From positions 64,544,001 to 64,608,000 of the forward strand of contig NC_086108.1 in the NCBI RefSeq assembly GCF_963921235.1: a stretch of 64,000 nt of DNA, written 5' to 3'. Below, in pieces: positions 23,101 through 37,014 of the stretch (position 1 is its first letter; every line of letters starts with the position of its first letter). The position numbers and the translations under genes were made by a program. The stretch comes from Mobula hypostoma (taxonomy: Eukaryota). Under the pieces are notes generated by a model. The model saw nothing but the letters and a program-made list of their open reading frames with translations, was not told the DNA's origin and did no database searches.

Positions 23101-25599
23101 CATTTCTACTCCCTAGGCAAACCTCATTTTTATTTCTTCTGAGGTATTGAGGGTTATATTTCTATTACACATTTCTGGGGGAGGCTTTCATACAAGCTGA
23201 AGCTAGTCAAACCTTAATGGATTGGGATTTTTTTCCCCATTTCTTAGCAGCTTCAGCTAACATCTGAGAATAGACTCTTTGTATTCAGATGCCTTCTAAC
23301 AAGACGCTCATTGTCTTAAGCCTTTGCCAGGAGAAAGCGAGCCACTGCGCAGCCTTTATTGTGAAGACTTTGATTGTATTTGAACTTGCTGAAGGCTGCA
23401 TTTGAATTGTAGTCAGACAGTTCATCTGTAGTCTTGCATAGGCTGAGAACTAGTCAGAAATTGCTGTGTTTGTCTAATTACCTCTTTAGATAAGATGAGG
23501 TGATGGTGATGTTGTGAGGTTGGTTGGGGAGAGGTGAGTGTGGGTGTAATTGATGAGAGCAGGTGATAAGGTAGTAGAGAGAGGGATGCATTAATTGAAG
23601 TTTATCATATAGTATGAGAAGCAATGTGATTGAATTACTGTGGGAGTTTTGTGTATTCTGATCAGATTTTTGCATTAAAGAATAGTGATGTGTTGCAAGT
23701 TCTGAATACATGGTAGATTATTTCCCCATCATTTTATAAACATTCTCTACAACACTCCCTCCCCCACTATCTCACCTCACACAATTGAAAATATTAAGAC
23801 CACATTGAATAAATAGAGAACACATTTTATAAACATCTTTAAGTTATTTTGATGAATGCATAATTGATAACATTTATATATCGAAACTTGGCTCTGCTGT
23901 AGAGTGTGCTTGAAATATTATTGATTGCTTTGAAGTATTTCAATATTTTTTCTCTTCGTCTTCCCTGCCACCCTAACATTTAGGTGAAATAACAGCTACC
24001 CTGTGTGGCATCAATTGGTGCCACAGAAAGCAGCTGCAGCAAAAGAAGTGCTAATCCTTGTACAGTATTTGTCAATTGGACTTGGGGAAACGACATGGTG
24101 TTGGTGATGGTGGGAGGAGGTGGGGATATGGGTGAGCAACTTGATAAGATAACAGCGGTTTTTCAGTCGATTTTTGTTAATTCATTTATTCTTGTTGCTG
24201 CTGATAAAGTGTCAGACTTTGTAAACCACCAGTAGCTTAAGAATTTGGAGCTCTAAAATACGAAGCATATGGTTTTAAATGTGAAGTCCTAACTTCACTT
24301 AGCAATTTATTTTCAAAAATGAACCATTGATCACTTGGTACCGGCCTTATCTGATAGACAAACTAATGATGCACTTTCTATTGTAGTTTTTTTTTGAATT
24401 TGAGCATAAGTTGTCCACTTGGTTGCTCTGATTCTGTTGGGTAATAATATTATCATGTTGCAATGTGACTGAATAGTCTGTACCAAAATAGATTTTAATC
24501 AGGTTTTACTTGCCATTTTCTTGAAATAGTTCAATCCAAGAGATGGTAAGCAAGGAGCAATTAGGCTGATGGCTTACGAATCTATATAAACAAAAATTAG
24601 GAATTGTCTTTGCAATTGTACAAAAGTGCATTTCGTATTATATATGATATTCTTAGAAAGAATGGATTTTTAAGAAAACTACATTGACATTTTTATATTG
24701 TTTAAAGTGTATGTCATGTAAATCAAGCAAAATCATATTTTCCCAAATGATCCGAATTTTTCCAAGTAGTTGCTTTATGTTTAAAGGAAGGGAGATATCC
24801 AGCACCGTCAGCATTAGCAAACTGATTAACTGCTGTACCTAAGTCTAAATCAAAGAATCAAGCGCTAAGGCTTTTAGCAGCTCCATCTGTTTAGACAGCA
24901 GCAACATTGACTAAGCTGCTTTTTAACTTCCAGTGAACTAAAACAGGATCATGATGCAGTCCGAGTCCTGGTTTATTCAGCATTGTATGTGTTTAAAAAG
25001 CAGCACTTGGGCAGATGGAGCTGCTAAATGCCTTGTCCTTTGATTTAGAGTTAGGCAGATACTTCTGCATGTACAGCTTGATGGTTGCAGTCAGAACAAT
25101 CAGTACACTGTAAAACACAATCAACAGAAGAAATGTAAAAGAGCCTCTACTTGGTCTGTAATGCACAACACTCAGAGACTTTGAGATGAAAAGATGCCTT
25201 GGCATCCCACAATGCAATGCAGTGCCCGCAGCTGCTGGCATTTGGGAAGACAGCATTGGTACATTGTGTTTCATGTACTCCAAAAGACTTCAATATTAAG
25301 GATCGCTTTACAGATTTGCAGTAGGCTCCACGAACAAGACTTAGGTCTGTTATTAACATTAACTCTTTCCCACCTACGTTTTATACTGGTTAGGATTTAT
25401 TCTTGAAGTTTAGATGCAAAATAATGTTGGACATTTACATAGGAAAGATTTGCATCATTTCTAAAAATTTTGCATGAGGCAAATTTCTGATTTCATCTAA
25501 GAATGTCTAGGAACGCATCATTTGGAGAAAAATTTAAATGTATGAATGATTTGACATTGGCCCTCTTCCAATTGTACAGTGTTCTGACTTATTGATTTA

Positions 25600-26950
25600 A
25601 GATATAGAAAGAGTAGGGGAAAAGGCCCATCATGTCTGCTCCTCTATTCATTAGGATCTTTTGCTGACCTTGTCTCTCTCTGTCACTTTCCTACCCTAAC
25701 CCTTTATCACATTATTTCCTTGATAATTTTTTTTGAGAGTGCTTCTTTGTCTTGAATATGCTCAGTGATTATGCAACCACATATCTCTTAGGTAGAGATG
25801 TCCAAAATTTCACAAGGTGTTATTGCTGTAGGCAGCTCCTTCAGAAACTTGTTAGACGAGTCATTAGATCCAGCATTGTTTTGGACCCATTGAATTTTCC
25901 AGTACTAATATTTTACTAATGCTAATTTCTTTAAGCTTCTCATTCATTTGACTCTCGAGGTTTACTGTTTCCAGGAGTTTTTCTGTAATCTCAGGCACAA
26001 AATATATCTTTTTACTTACTTTGCTTATTCCCAGTACAATTTCTCCTCAATCAGGAACATCTCATTAAAAACTTCTAGTGTTTTGTTTTTATGTTTCTGG
26101 CTAGTTTCATATTCCATTATTCCTTCTCTTTTCAATGCCCTAGACCTCCTTGCAGAAATGTTCTTTTTCCTCAGGATAGTGCACATTTTAGCAATCGTAA
26201 AAACATTTTCCTTTGATCTGATACTTTTCATGGTAGTAACTGCTGCACCATTCTTCCTGTTGCTTCTTAGCTATGTATTAACCTTTAAATAATAGGTATT
26301 GCTTGTTTAATGTATACCTTTTAATGCTGTCACAGCAAAATCATACCTCCTGTCTTCATGGTGTACCTTATTCAGATTTAAGACACTGGCCTCAAATTGA
26401 ACTAATATAAGGCTTCATATATAAAATTTAATTGCATTATGATCGATATTCCGTAAAAGGTCTGTGATAACCAGGTCATCAATAACCCTTTGACATTGCA
26501 AAACTAAATCCAAAATAGCCTTTTCCTTCATTGGTTCCTGCTGATCTAGAGTACCATGTTATATACCATTTGATTATGTCCTCACTCTATTACTCCAAAA
26601 TGATAATTTTATAAAATCTTTGCTACATGGAGGGCTAATGCCTTCACTAATAATGCATCCATGGAGCCTATAGACAACCCTCACCAAATATTTCCTGTCC
26701 CCTTACTGTTTCTCAGTTCCACAAGCTTGATTTTCTGAGCTAAGGTCTTTTTTTTATCTGTTGTCTTTATCTTTAGTATTAGTATTAATGTTTCTACTCC
26801 TCTTTCCATTTTATTTATTTCCTCTAAAAGTCATGTATCCTGAAATATTTATAACCAAGCTTTTGTGGTGACTATTAGATTTTATTTCATGTCAGCATGT
26901 AATCACCTCCATTTCTATGAATTCTACATGCATTCAGTTAAAGGGCATTA
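25600..26950 (-). mobile_element. Very old, fragmented CR1 LINE (tail plus endonuclease region)
   Basis: The minus strand at ~26430-26540 reads PMKEKAILDLVLQCQRVIDDLVITDLLRNIDHNAI, resembling the CR1 APE C-terminus (PTR..AILDL...SDH). A tail-like segment lies at 25605-25810. Confidence 0.6.
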
Positions 26951-27574
26951 AGGTTTACCTTTGTACCATTTTGTCCCTTGTTTACACTTTGGAGGTATAT
27001 TTTTAAGTTGGAATGCATGTCATTTCTGGACATGCTCTGTTTCCTTATTTGGCATTGCATTGTCCTTTCTTCTTAAGTTTCCAAATTTCCCCTTGTCAGA
27101 ACCTAGCCCAAAATAAATGCTTCTGGGTTAAAGGACCAGAACGGAGTTATTTGCCTTTGATGATGACAGAGGGAAAGAGAGATGGTGTTAATTTAGTCTT
27201 TTCACAATTTATACACTGTGTTTTTGTTTGGTCCATGATTATTAGTTTATTGGCTTGAGGCACCTTGAACGAAATAAGGTTTGTATTTTTTATGAATTTT
27301 ATCCAAGTGATTGAAGAAACACACACATAACCATCAACAGGTACAGTAGTTTCCTTCAGAACTGAACTTGCAAGTAGTAAGATACCTGCAAGAGCAATAT
27401 GTTTACTTAAAACTTCACCAGGGAATACTAAAAATTAGATACAAAAAACAATTGGGAATTAAAACAACTCAGAGTTAGTTATACTCTTTTTTGCTGTTCA
27501 TTCAATGCACAAAAATGACAAAGTGACACTTTCCTTGTGTTCTGGCTAACATTTAACCTTAAACTAAGGGGTGT

Positions 27575-27760
27575 GAGAAAAGATTATCTGGTCATTGCTG
27601 TTTGTGGGAACTTAGTTTGCTCAAAGTGTGTGTTGCATTTCCAAAGTTATAATGGCGCATTCACTTCAAATGTATTTTATGATATCTTAGTAAGTGACAC
27701 CAGTATTAAATCATTCTGGAAGTTATATTGGGATGCCATAGAATTTAGTTAAAATGAGTA
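27575..27760 (+). mobile_element. DeuSINE-like (SacSINE1/AmnSINE1-related) 3' fragment
   Basis: AGATTATCTGGTCATTGCTGTTTGTGGGA...CACTTCAAA resembles the 3' half of DeuSINEs (from memory). Confidence 0.5.
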
Positions 27761-28667
27761 TGAATAACAAATGTCTGGCAAAGGAGAATAAAGTAGAATA
27801 AAAATACAACAATAAGATCTAAGATATTAAAAAAGTACTACAGCTTGAGTTAAGTATTTGATCATCAAGCATTTCACTGACTACTGTGAAGCTAGTTCAG
27901 CAGCATATTGGTAAGTGTAAAATATATAATAGTACAGAAATGTATACATATAATTTAGTTTTCCCATTAAATAATATTAGTTTGAAATCACTTTATAAAT
28001 TTTGCCTTAATTGACATGTTGGTAGTAACTTCTGGGCCCAGTTCTGCCTCAGTACCAAATCTGCCATCATCTGTATGTGCTCTGAATTGGGAGATTGCTT
28101 GTTAGACATCCAGGACCTGATGAGCAGAAGTTTCTGTCCAATAAATATTTTGAAAATTGATACTGTTGTCTTTGGTTGTTAGCACAAATTCTGTTGTCTT
28201 GTCACTGAATTTGCCCCTTTGGTAATTGCTTGAGGTTGAATCAGACTGCTTTCAATCTTGGTGCTACACTTAAAGCTGAGGTTCCAATAACATACCTGCG
28301 CTATCACTAATGCCACCTTCTACTTCAGCAATATCTGACTTGGCCCCATTTCAGCTCATCTGTTGAAAATTTCATTTGTGCATCTTAACCTGCATGAATC
28401 CATTTAATCTGCACACCATTGTTGCTAACTTGGCTAGTCAGCTCCTCAGAAGAGTTGTTTCTCAGCAATTTCTGGTTAAGCTCTGATCTATTTGCATTCT
28501 TTCCCCACTCGTTCTCTCTAGCCACATCTCCACTCTCAATCTGGTCCTCCTCCTCACCCCCTCACCACTGGTCCAATATCAGTTGCAATATCTGAGCACA
28601 CCAATACTGATTGTAACATGTACTATATTAAACAAGTAGTCTTGGTGATAAACAGAATATTTAAAAA

Positions 28668-28887
28668 TAATGCAACACACACACAAGGCAACACACACCG
28701 AAATCCTTCAGCAGGACTGGAGGAGTAGATCTCCTCAGCTTTTTTTCTCTAGCCCTGCCAAAGGGTTTTGGTCTGAAACATTGACTGTACTTTTTTCTAT
28801 AGATGCAGCCTGGTCTGCTGAGTTCCTGCAGCATTTTGTGTGTGTTGCTCAGATTTCCAGCATCTGCAAATTTTCTCTTGTTTGTGA
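28668..28887. mobile_element. Penelope-derived terminal repeat in inverted (hairpin) arrangement
   Basis: The right arm GATGCAGCCTGGTCTGCTGAGTTCCTGCAGCATTTTGTGTGTGTTGC...CAGCATCTGCA matches the 3' end of the Penelope at 55250-55335. The left arm GCAACACACA... is its reverse complement. Confidence 0.75.
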
Positions 28888-29329
28888 TTTAAAAATAATG
28901 AGTGCTTACTTAAGTTAACTTTTGATTTTAATTTTAAATAGTACTGCTGTTGAATGATTTTAAACCCTGATTTTATCAACTTCAATGAAACTGAACGTGT
29001 GAAGGGAGAGCAGCAGATGGGCAAGGCAACTGTGACTATTAATCACAAAGAACCAAGGGCAATTTTCTATCGCATAAGCCCAGAAATATTTTGTTTCTGC
29101 ATCTGAAAATCAAATGCGATTGTTTCTGAATTGATTGTACCATACCAGAAACTCAACAGTAGACTTCCAGTTCCAATGCATACGGAATTTCCATTTCTGT
29201 TGTATGTGGCATGAGGTAATTCCCTGTGCACAATTCCTTTTGGGACACTCTGGGGTAAATTAAATGAAGTTTTGAAGTGGGCAAAATTTAAATGAAGAAA
29301 TGAAATTAAATGACGGTGAAGAATGACAG

Positions 29330-29660
29330 TGGGGAGTGAGAAGGAGCCAAGTATAGAATAAAGCAGAGCATATATTCACTTGTTAAGGGACTTGGAAAGA
29401 GCAGGAAACTGAATTGCATCTATTTTAATGCAAGAAAATCTGACAAGCAAGGTAAATGAATTGAAGGCATTGATTAACACATGGGAATATGCTATTGTTG
29501 CTAAGACAGATAACTTGGTTGAGAGTTCAACAGGACTGGTGACTCAACATTCCCTGGTATAGAATCTATAGATATGATAGGAAAGTGAGATGTAAAAGAG
29601 CAGGTGGCATTGCAATATTAATCAAAAAGTGCATATCTCTAATAGGGAGGAAGGAAAGAT
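29330..29660 (+). mobile_element. CR1 LINE endonuclease N-terminal fragment
   Basis: Broken reading LNCIYFNARK...ELKALINTWEYAIVA...PGYRIYRYDR, homologous to LKCIYFNAKS...FRAWIDTWKYDAVAISETW in ORF 45419-45754. Confidence 0.75.
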
Positions 29661-29747
29661 TGTATAATTGAGGCCCTGCTCCCCAAATTCTGCTTGTACT
29701 CTCTGATTTTTCAAAATCTGTATTTCCTTTAATATTATCAATTTACA

Positions 29748-30421
29748 ATTTTAGATTATGAGAACACTCAGTCCTCGTTTATTGTCATTTAGAAATGCAT
29801 ACATGCATTAAGAAATGATGCAATGTTCCTCCAGAGTGATATCACAGAAAAACAGGACAAACCAAAGACTAACACTGACAGAACCACATAATTATGACAT
29901 ATAGTTACAGCCGTGCAAAGCAATACCAGAATTTGATAAAGAACAGACCATGGGAACAGTAAAAAAAAGTCTCAAGTCCTGATTGACTCCTAAGTCCCTG
30001 AGAGGCAGCAAAAGGGAGAAACTCTCTGCCATAAACCTCCAGGCACTGACAACTGCCGATGCATTGGAAGCACCTGACCACAGCTGACACTGAGTCCGTC
30101 CCCAAAAACTTCGAGCCTCCGACCAGCCCCTCCAATACAGCCTCCTGAGCGCCATCCTCTGCCGAGCGCCTTCGACCTCGCCCTGGCCGCCGAAATAAGC
30201 AAAGCCGAGAAGTTGGGGCCTCCTGCTCCGGAGATTCCGGACCACACTGTAACAGCGGCACTGAAGCCAGCATTTCAGAAGTTTCTCCAGATGTTCCTCT
30301 GTATCCTCACGTCTGTCTCCATCAAATCAGAATTGTACACGGTACCCTACTTGACAGATCATAGATATCATTCACTGGAGAGGCTGCGCGTGCTGCATCA
30401 CGCTGCCATCTTCTCCTCCTC
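29748..30421 (-). mobile_element. Young non-coding retroposon (SINE-like / non-autonomous LINE derivative), family unassigned
   Basis: GC/CpG-rich insert in AT-rich DNA with a 9-bp TSD CAATTTACA (29739-29747, 30422-30430). The minus strand begins GAGGAGGAGAAGATGGCAGCG and has AATGACAATAAA near its 3' end. Confidence 0.7.
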
Positions 30422-30789
30422 CAATTTACACATTTACAAATTTCTATTGGAAATATTGTCAGCTAGAATGTGAGATTGTTATTTTTCAGGTTTTTGAACT
30501 ACAGCTAGGGTTCTTTCTGCAACTGACATTGGAAAACTTTGTACTTTTGTTGAGGATGGCTTTGCATTGCACATAAAGCTTTCAGTGGAGCTTTGTCTTT
30601 TCTTAAGTCACTAGTGAATAGAGATGACTTTGGTTTAATATCACATCCAAAGCTGGGATCTCTACCAGTGATGAGGTGAAGCAGCAGCCTATTTAGGTCA
30701 TAGAAGTGAACACTGACTGAATTATTTGCCAGTGGTTACATGTGCAAAGCATGTTGAATAGATGAATTCACTTCCAAAATACTCTATAC

Positions 30790-31227
30790 TATGAGACACA
30801 GCAGGTCAGACAGCATCTATGGAAATGAATAATATTCATTGGGACTGGAATGGAAGTGGGGAAGATGCCAGAATAAAAAGGTGGGGGAGGGGAAGCGAGA
30901 ATATGATAAGTGAAGACAGGTGAGTGGAAAAGGTAAAGGGCTGGAGAAGGTGGAATCTGATTGTAGAGGAGAGTGGACCATGGAAGAAATGGAAGAAGAA
31001 AGGACAGGGGGAAGTGATAGGCAGGTAAAGAGTAAAGGTAAGAGGCCAGAATAGGGAATAGAAGAAGAGGGAAGGGGGAGAGAAAAAAAGTGTTACCAGT
31101 TGGAGAAATCAATGTTCATGCCATCAGGTTGGAGGCTACCTAGGCGGAATACAAGGTATTGCCTCTCCATCCTGAGAGTGGCCTCAACATGACAGAAGAG
31201 GAGGCCGTGGACCGACAGGTTGGAATC
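30790..31227 (-). mobile_element. Penelope-like element 3' fragment
   Basis: The reverse complement aligns with 54870-55270 (e.g. GGAGGCTACC / GGTAGCTTCC, GAGGCCGTGGA / TCCATGGCCTC) and shares the purine-rich tract. Confidence 0.75.
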
Positions 31228-33659
31228 ATCTCCCTTTTGATATGGTCGTGAGAGTGCGACCATGAATGAATGCGAGTAAATGAATTCGGTTATTTTGTAA
31301 GCAAAATATCAGCCCTGTAGTCTTTGTTCTCTCTTAATCATACTCTGGCTGCAGATAACCTTGCAAGTATTTGAAGGTTTTCATTTCTAAGAAGCTACAT
31401 CCTGTTCTTTATAAATCATATTGGTTAGTCACCGTTTGTGGAGAACCTCGTTGTTTTTAAAGTATGTTTACTGACAGTAGAAGAGCAGCCGATGGATTGA
31501 TGCCAAATATAATTTCAAATAAGAAATGCTGGATGGATTTAGAATAAAACTTCCAGCTGATAATGAACGGTGACACTGGTGCCATGCCACCGTATCTCTT
31601 GCCTTTATTTTGAAGCAAGTAGGACATATGGTGGCCTTCTGTTGTGCAGTTTCATTCTTGAGCATTTCCATTTTGCTTTTGAGTTTTAATAATTAATTAT
31701 ATTTTTGCATAATTTTTTTTCAAGACATTTTGAAAACTAGTTTCTGTTATCCTTTATCAACATATTCTGATGATGTACTGTGTATTGGAGCATTTCATTA
31801 TAAAACAAGAACTGGATCAGTCCCTCCTTAAGCTGCCCAGAACAAAAGGGACACAATAGTTATAAATATTTCAGAATTGTTGACGAGCTATTTGGACAGA
31901 AAATAAAGGGAACTGAACACATTACACTGGACAGCTGCAGCAGTCTGTAGGGAAAGTTGGTACAGATGGTATTAAAAGTGGTAAAATGAAGTGCCTTATG
32001 GCTGCTGTGTATGTTTAAAAAAAAGGTTTGTCGATCTAACGTAAGACTTTTTTTTTCCTGGGAAAGTTGGAATACTCAGGCAAAATGAAGGAAAACATTA
32101 CCCAAGCCAGTAGTCCTATATTTCTATAAAAGAAAGTTGGAAATTCATTATTGATTATTGATTATTCATTAAAAAAGCTGAAGACCGTGATAATAGTTTC
32201 CTAATATAAGGGCTACAATCAAAATATTGCACACCTTTTTTTTGATCTGTGCTTGTGTGTTAGAGAAAAACAGAAAAGTGGAGCTGGTTCTAACTCAGTG
32301 CTTGTTATCTTTTATGTGAATTACGTAATGGTGTAGTTTAAGTCCTGTAGTGTCGCACAATCCTGCTGAAAAGTGCATCATTTTCTCCTCTTCCATTTGA
32401 CGAAGGTTCAGACTTAGACCTATCAATAATTAAATTTTCTTCCTTTAATTTGCTTTTATCTATTTGGAATGGTATTTGATTATCTTTAATGTTCATTGTT
32501 TAAGCTAAATGTACCATAGAATACTAACTGCCATTATAATAAGTTACAACATTTTTACCATAGAAATTTCCAATGGAAGGGGTGAACTCTGTTAATTTAC
32601 CGGTATAGTATCCTGACACTGTAGAACAGAGAACCAGGAGGCACTAAGTTTACACGCACATGGATTTATAAAATACTATTTATACTATATGATCCACAGT
32701 ACTTATAAAAAAAATAATGATTATAATTCTTTAGCTTATCATGGCATATATCACCATCTTTTCATCAGCACATAAAGGACTGGAAGATAAATGCATTTTA
32801 TCACACTATACCTTTGATGCTATGCTGGCATCTTTGTAAATACTAGACATTTACAAAAGGAATTCCCTGTTGTGTACATATCGTACACGATAAGAGAAAG
32901 TTACAGGTAAATAAAACAATCAAATATTGTGGGTCTGATGAAAAACTGGAACAGCATATAGATTTTTTCATATTATCTGAAAGCCTCTAATTTGTTTTTC
33001 ACCATTGTATCTGTGCAGATGCCAAAGGAGCTGCACATGGTTTTTGTTTGGAGGAACACTTTTGTCCCTTGTAAAATTTGCTAACATTGGTGGTGCTCTA
33101 GAAGATGGACAAATCTAAGTTACAAAAAGATGTTTAGAACATCTTCTAAAACATTTCTTTTCACTAGTACTAACACATTTCAGGCTGACTGATATACCTA
33201 CACGGGTGGAAATTTCAAGAAGACTTGTAAACTTTGCATTGATAATTTTTTAATCGTAGGACTGTAGGTCTAAAACTTAATTTTTTCCCCTTCTTTTCTC
33301 ACCAGTTCTTCATCTGTGGCCATTTCAACTCATATGGTAAACTTTACTAATATATAAATTAGCCAGTTGTGCATTCATGTGTGTGTATTTGTGCTTTCTT
33401 GTTTTGCTGTTCTGAAGCTACTGAACTCAATCCATTCTGGCTTGGAATTGGAACTAAGCATTGTTGACCAGTGCCTAAAACCAGTCATCAGTTAGGTGAG
33501 CCAAGTGCCAGAAGGAGTTATGGATCCAGAACTAAAGAGTTCATTGGAGCAGATGGTACACCGGTGTCTTAATGACTGTAACATGAGGATCAAGGGAGGT
33601 CTACTTTACTTGCCAGTATGCCAAAGAAGATCCAATTTATGTTTATTAGACAGTTGGGA

Positions 33660-34000
33660 AAGAACCTGAATATATAACATCAAGTAAATTCAATGAAGGG
33701 AAATACTTTCAGAACCAAAGTAAAGAAGGAAATCCTGGAAGATTTAATGAGTCCAATTTAAGCCAAGTTTCTCCCTGACTGGAGATGTTCACATCCTTAA
33801 ATGTAATTGTGTGTGAAGTAACTTCCCAAGAGCATCTAGGCAATTGGGGATATTACAAAAATAAGGCAAACAGAGTTGACGGAGGTTGTGACATAAAATA
33901 AGGAGTCATTGACTTTGGAGGAAATTATATGGTCAAAGAGGTGGGATTCTGTTCGCATTATTTTAATGGGCTGCAGAAAGTATTTGACATATTCTGTTCA
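33660..34000 (+). mobile_element. Possible extremely degraded CR1 fragment
   Basis: CAGAAAGTATTTGACATATTCT resembles the QKAFDKVP motif. Otherwise weak. Confidence 0.3.
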
Positions 34001-37000
34001 TATTCCATGGTAATAGCAATTTGTGTAAATAGACATTATACAATACCTTACCTGAAACCACAGTCCTGCATGTTATTTTGTTCTTGAGTCTAACAATGAT
34101 TAGAATAATAGTGTTAAGTGGCTTTAATAAACATTGCAGGCCAGGTAATAAATTAAATCAGAGTGATGTTCATTTTAGGGAAGTTGTCTTCTGCTTCAAA
34201 ATGGGAATTACTAAGCAAAAATGTGTATCATGATAATAAGAAATTATTTAAAAAGCTTCAAAATCTGCATTGTTTATAGCGAGATGTTTTGGCACATAAG
34301 TGAAAAGATCCAAGGTAGATTGAGCAGAGGGGTGCTACCTAAATTGCCCTTGGTAAGGTCACAACAGATGTAGTGTATCATGCAAGTGTTTTCTCAGCAT
34401 CAATATGCTGTTCTATTGTGGGTAATGCAGTGTAATCAGATCAATACAACATTCTTTTTCTCTGCAAAAAAAATGTCCTCAGTGGGGAGTCAAAATGCCT
34501 CTGGAGATAGGATTTTCCCAGTTGTCAACCCCCACATCCCCCCCCCAACCAATCAAAACCCAGATAGAAATTCAAACTCTCAGCATAATTGCACTGGATT
34601 TTGAAAGAGGTGGCTTTGCATTGCTGGGTCTGCAGAAGCAGAGAGAATACGGGAGTATGTGATTGGACTAATTGGTGAATTTGTCTAGTAAAATGCTCCA
34701 CATCGCACAATAGGTGAGAATTCAGTCCGTCCTTCTTTTGGTTTGAAGTGAACAATCACTTTTCTTCAGGCTAATTAAAGTGCTTGCAGATTAGTTGAGC
34801 AAAGACGAACTTGAGCTCACTTTTTAGTGCAGGGATTGAGTGAAAATGTATAAATGAGCTCTGCTAGTTCTGGATAGTGGGCTGTATGAGAATGTAATTA
34901 ATTTTCAAAATTATCAAATTTCTTAAAACTTTTATTGTCTATTTTTCTGTGTTCTTAATTGGATGATTAATGTTAGACTTTTTTCCTTGTGTACAGTCCC
35001 TCTTTCCAGATGGCAAATGGTAGGTCCCAACTCTCTTTATACACAAAGAGGTCATGGTTCAAAGTCAAAGATACAGAGATACCACAATAATCAATCATTG
35101 GAACTTGCCTGCTTGCTGTGACCAGCCAGGCAAAATTGAGTCTCTTGTTAGCATCAAAACTACAGGAGAGTTTGTGTGTTTTTCCTTCTACGTTTTATAG
35201 AAAAAAGTGATGAGAGGGGGGCATTTACATTTTACAGTAGTAATTTACAGTTGAAAATTATGGGGAGAGCATTTGGCTTCCATCACTATTCAGAATGGCA
35301 GTTAAAAAGACATTCTTTGCAAGTCTTCAGTAGATAGCTTCTCATTTCACTCTGCGCAGCGTGCTGTTACTCTGAGCTGCTTAACTAATTAAATTCAATT
35401 GCTATCCATTAGACTGATGGAATGAGAAGAATCTACAATGCAGCTGACTCAGTGCAGGCCTACAGTATGTGTCCAGATACAACCTTCAGTATCTGCCACC
35501 AATTCATTTTGATACAGTTATCGTCATACAGTACTCTTTGCCCTAGGCCACAAAACAAATATAGAGACATTCCTCATACCTTTCCACATTACATCACTTA
35601 ATTTCTGATGCTTAGGTCACTTTATGCCCTATGTATGAAATATTTCATTGTTATTGGATCTGTTTTCCCCAAGAGGTTAATGTGTATATAGTTTTCAGAA
35701 TAACTTTTGTTGATTTCATGGTACTTTTCATTCACCTCATTGGAGTTCATTATGTAACAGCATTCTCCATTCCATTCCTTTTAAAGCCCCAAATGTAATC
35801 GGAGGCCACATTTCCACATAGGGCTAGAAAATAAAATCAATGGCTGAGTCATAGCTTCTCTTGTCCATTAGACTACTGAAAAATGACTATGACAAAAATA
35901 TGGTGAGAAACTACTTGCAAATGGCAGGTATGTTGTGGTATGTATATTAGAGCATGAAGCAGTTCTGATGAAAGATGATCAACCTGAAGAACTGACACGG
36001 TTTCTTTTTCACAGTTACGATTTGACCTGCTATACATATCCAGTATTTTCCAGTATTATATCATGAAAGCAGAGCGGTATAGTAAAGCTTTGCAATTACA
36101 AGTGATAGTTTTCATTTAAAATCTATTTCATGTGAACCTGTCTTGTCTCCATGAGAGCAGAGTAAACCCTCCGGGCACACCGCTTATGCCAGTAGGAAGA
36201 GGCCATCAGGAAGGTTAATGACTTGAACTTGACTCCCAAGAGATGACTGCAGTGAGAGGAATTTTAAATGACCTCACTAGAATAATCATGGTAAGAATCT
36301 GGCTTCCAAAAGCAACTTTTCTCTTTATACCTGTGTTATCTGCAGCTTCCTCTTGAAAATCATATTCTCTTACTCCTGTTTAGGAGAATTACTAAAAAGC
36401 TCTCCACAAGTAGAGAACCTCATTTCGTCATTATGCAGACTATCTGAGCTCCACCAGCACATTTTCAAAACAAACTCAGTTGTGTAACCAATACAATTAC
36501 TTCCTTGCAGAAGGATGTTACCGTGAGGCAGGAAAATAGTAGAGGTAGTTCTTACAAGAATCCAACATGTTTTGAAAATTAAAAATCAGGGTTTACAATT
36601 GGAAAATTAGAGGCAAATATAGCATAAGTAATACATTAGTCATAATAGACTTTAGACTGGGCAAACTAACATCAAGGATAGTGTACATTCATACAATTTG
36701 GTTTTCTAGATGAGGAAAATGCAGAATTTGTATCTTTATTTTGTGCAATGAGACAGGATTAATTAATGAGCTACCAGTTAAAGAACTTTGGGGGAAGAGT
36801 AACCATAATATTATAAATGCTCTTTTAAAATTAATAAAATTAATGAAAAAGGAGATTAAGAGAGCAATACAGTGGGAAACATACATTCAGACTGTAGAAG
36901 TTATAAACATGTAAATAGGAAAAGATTAGAAGTTAGTTACAGACAGGGACAAAAAAAAATCCATTGTGGAATAAGGAAATGGCAGAGAAATTAAACAAAT

Positions 37001-37014
37001 GTATGTTTTATAAA

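Noticed and set aside
25948..26292. Hydrophobic 114-aa ORF resembling a membrane protein
   Set aside because: It lies antisense to a decayed CR1 in T-rich DNA, so the hydrophobicity is compositional.
29892..30473. Overlapping 85-122 aa ORFs in the GC-rich insert
   Set aside because: No domain motifs; they are a by-product of GC content in a non-coding retroposon.
35960..36000. CTGATGA as an intact hammerhead ribozyme
   Set aside because: The second core motif reads GAAG rather than GAAA, and helix II does not pair convincingly.
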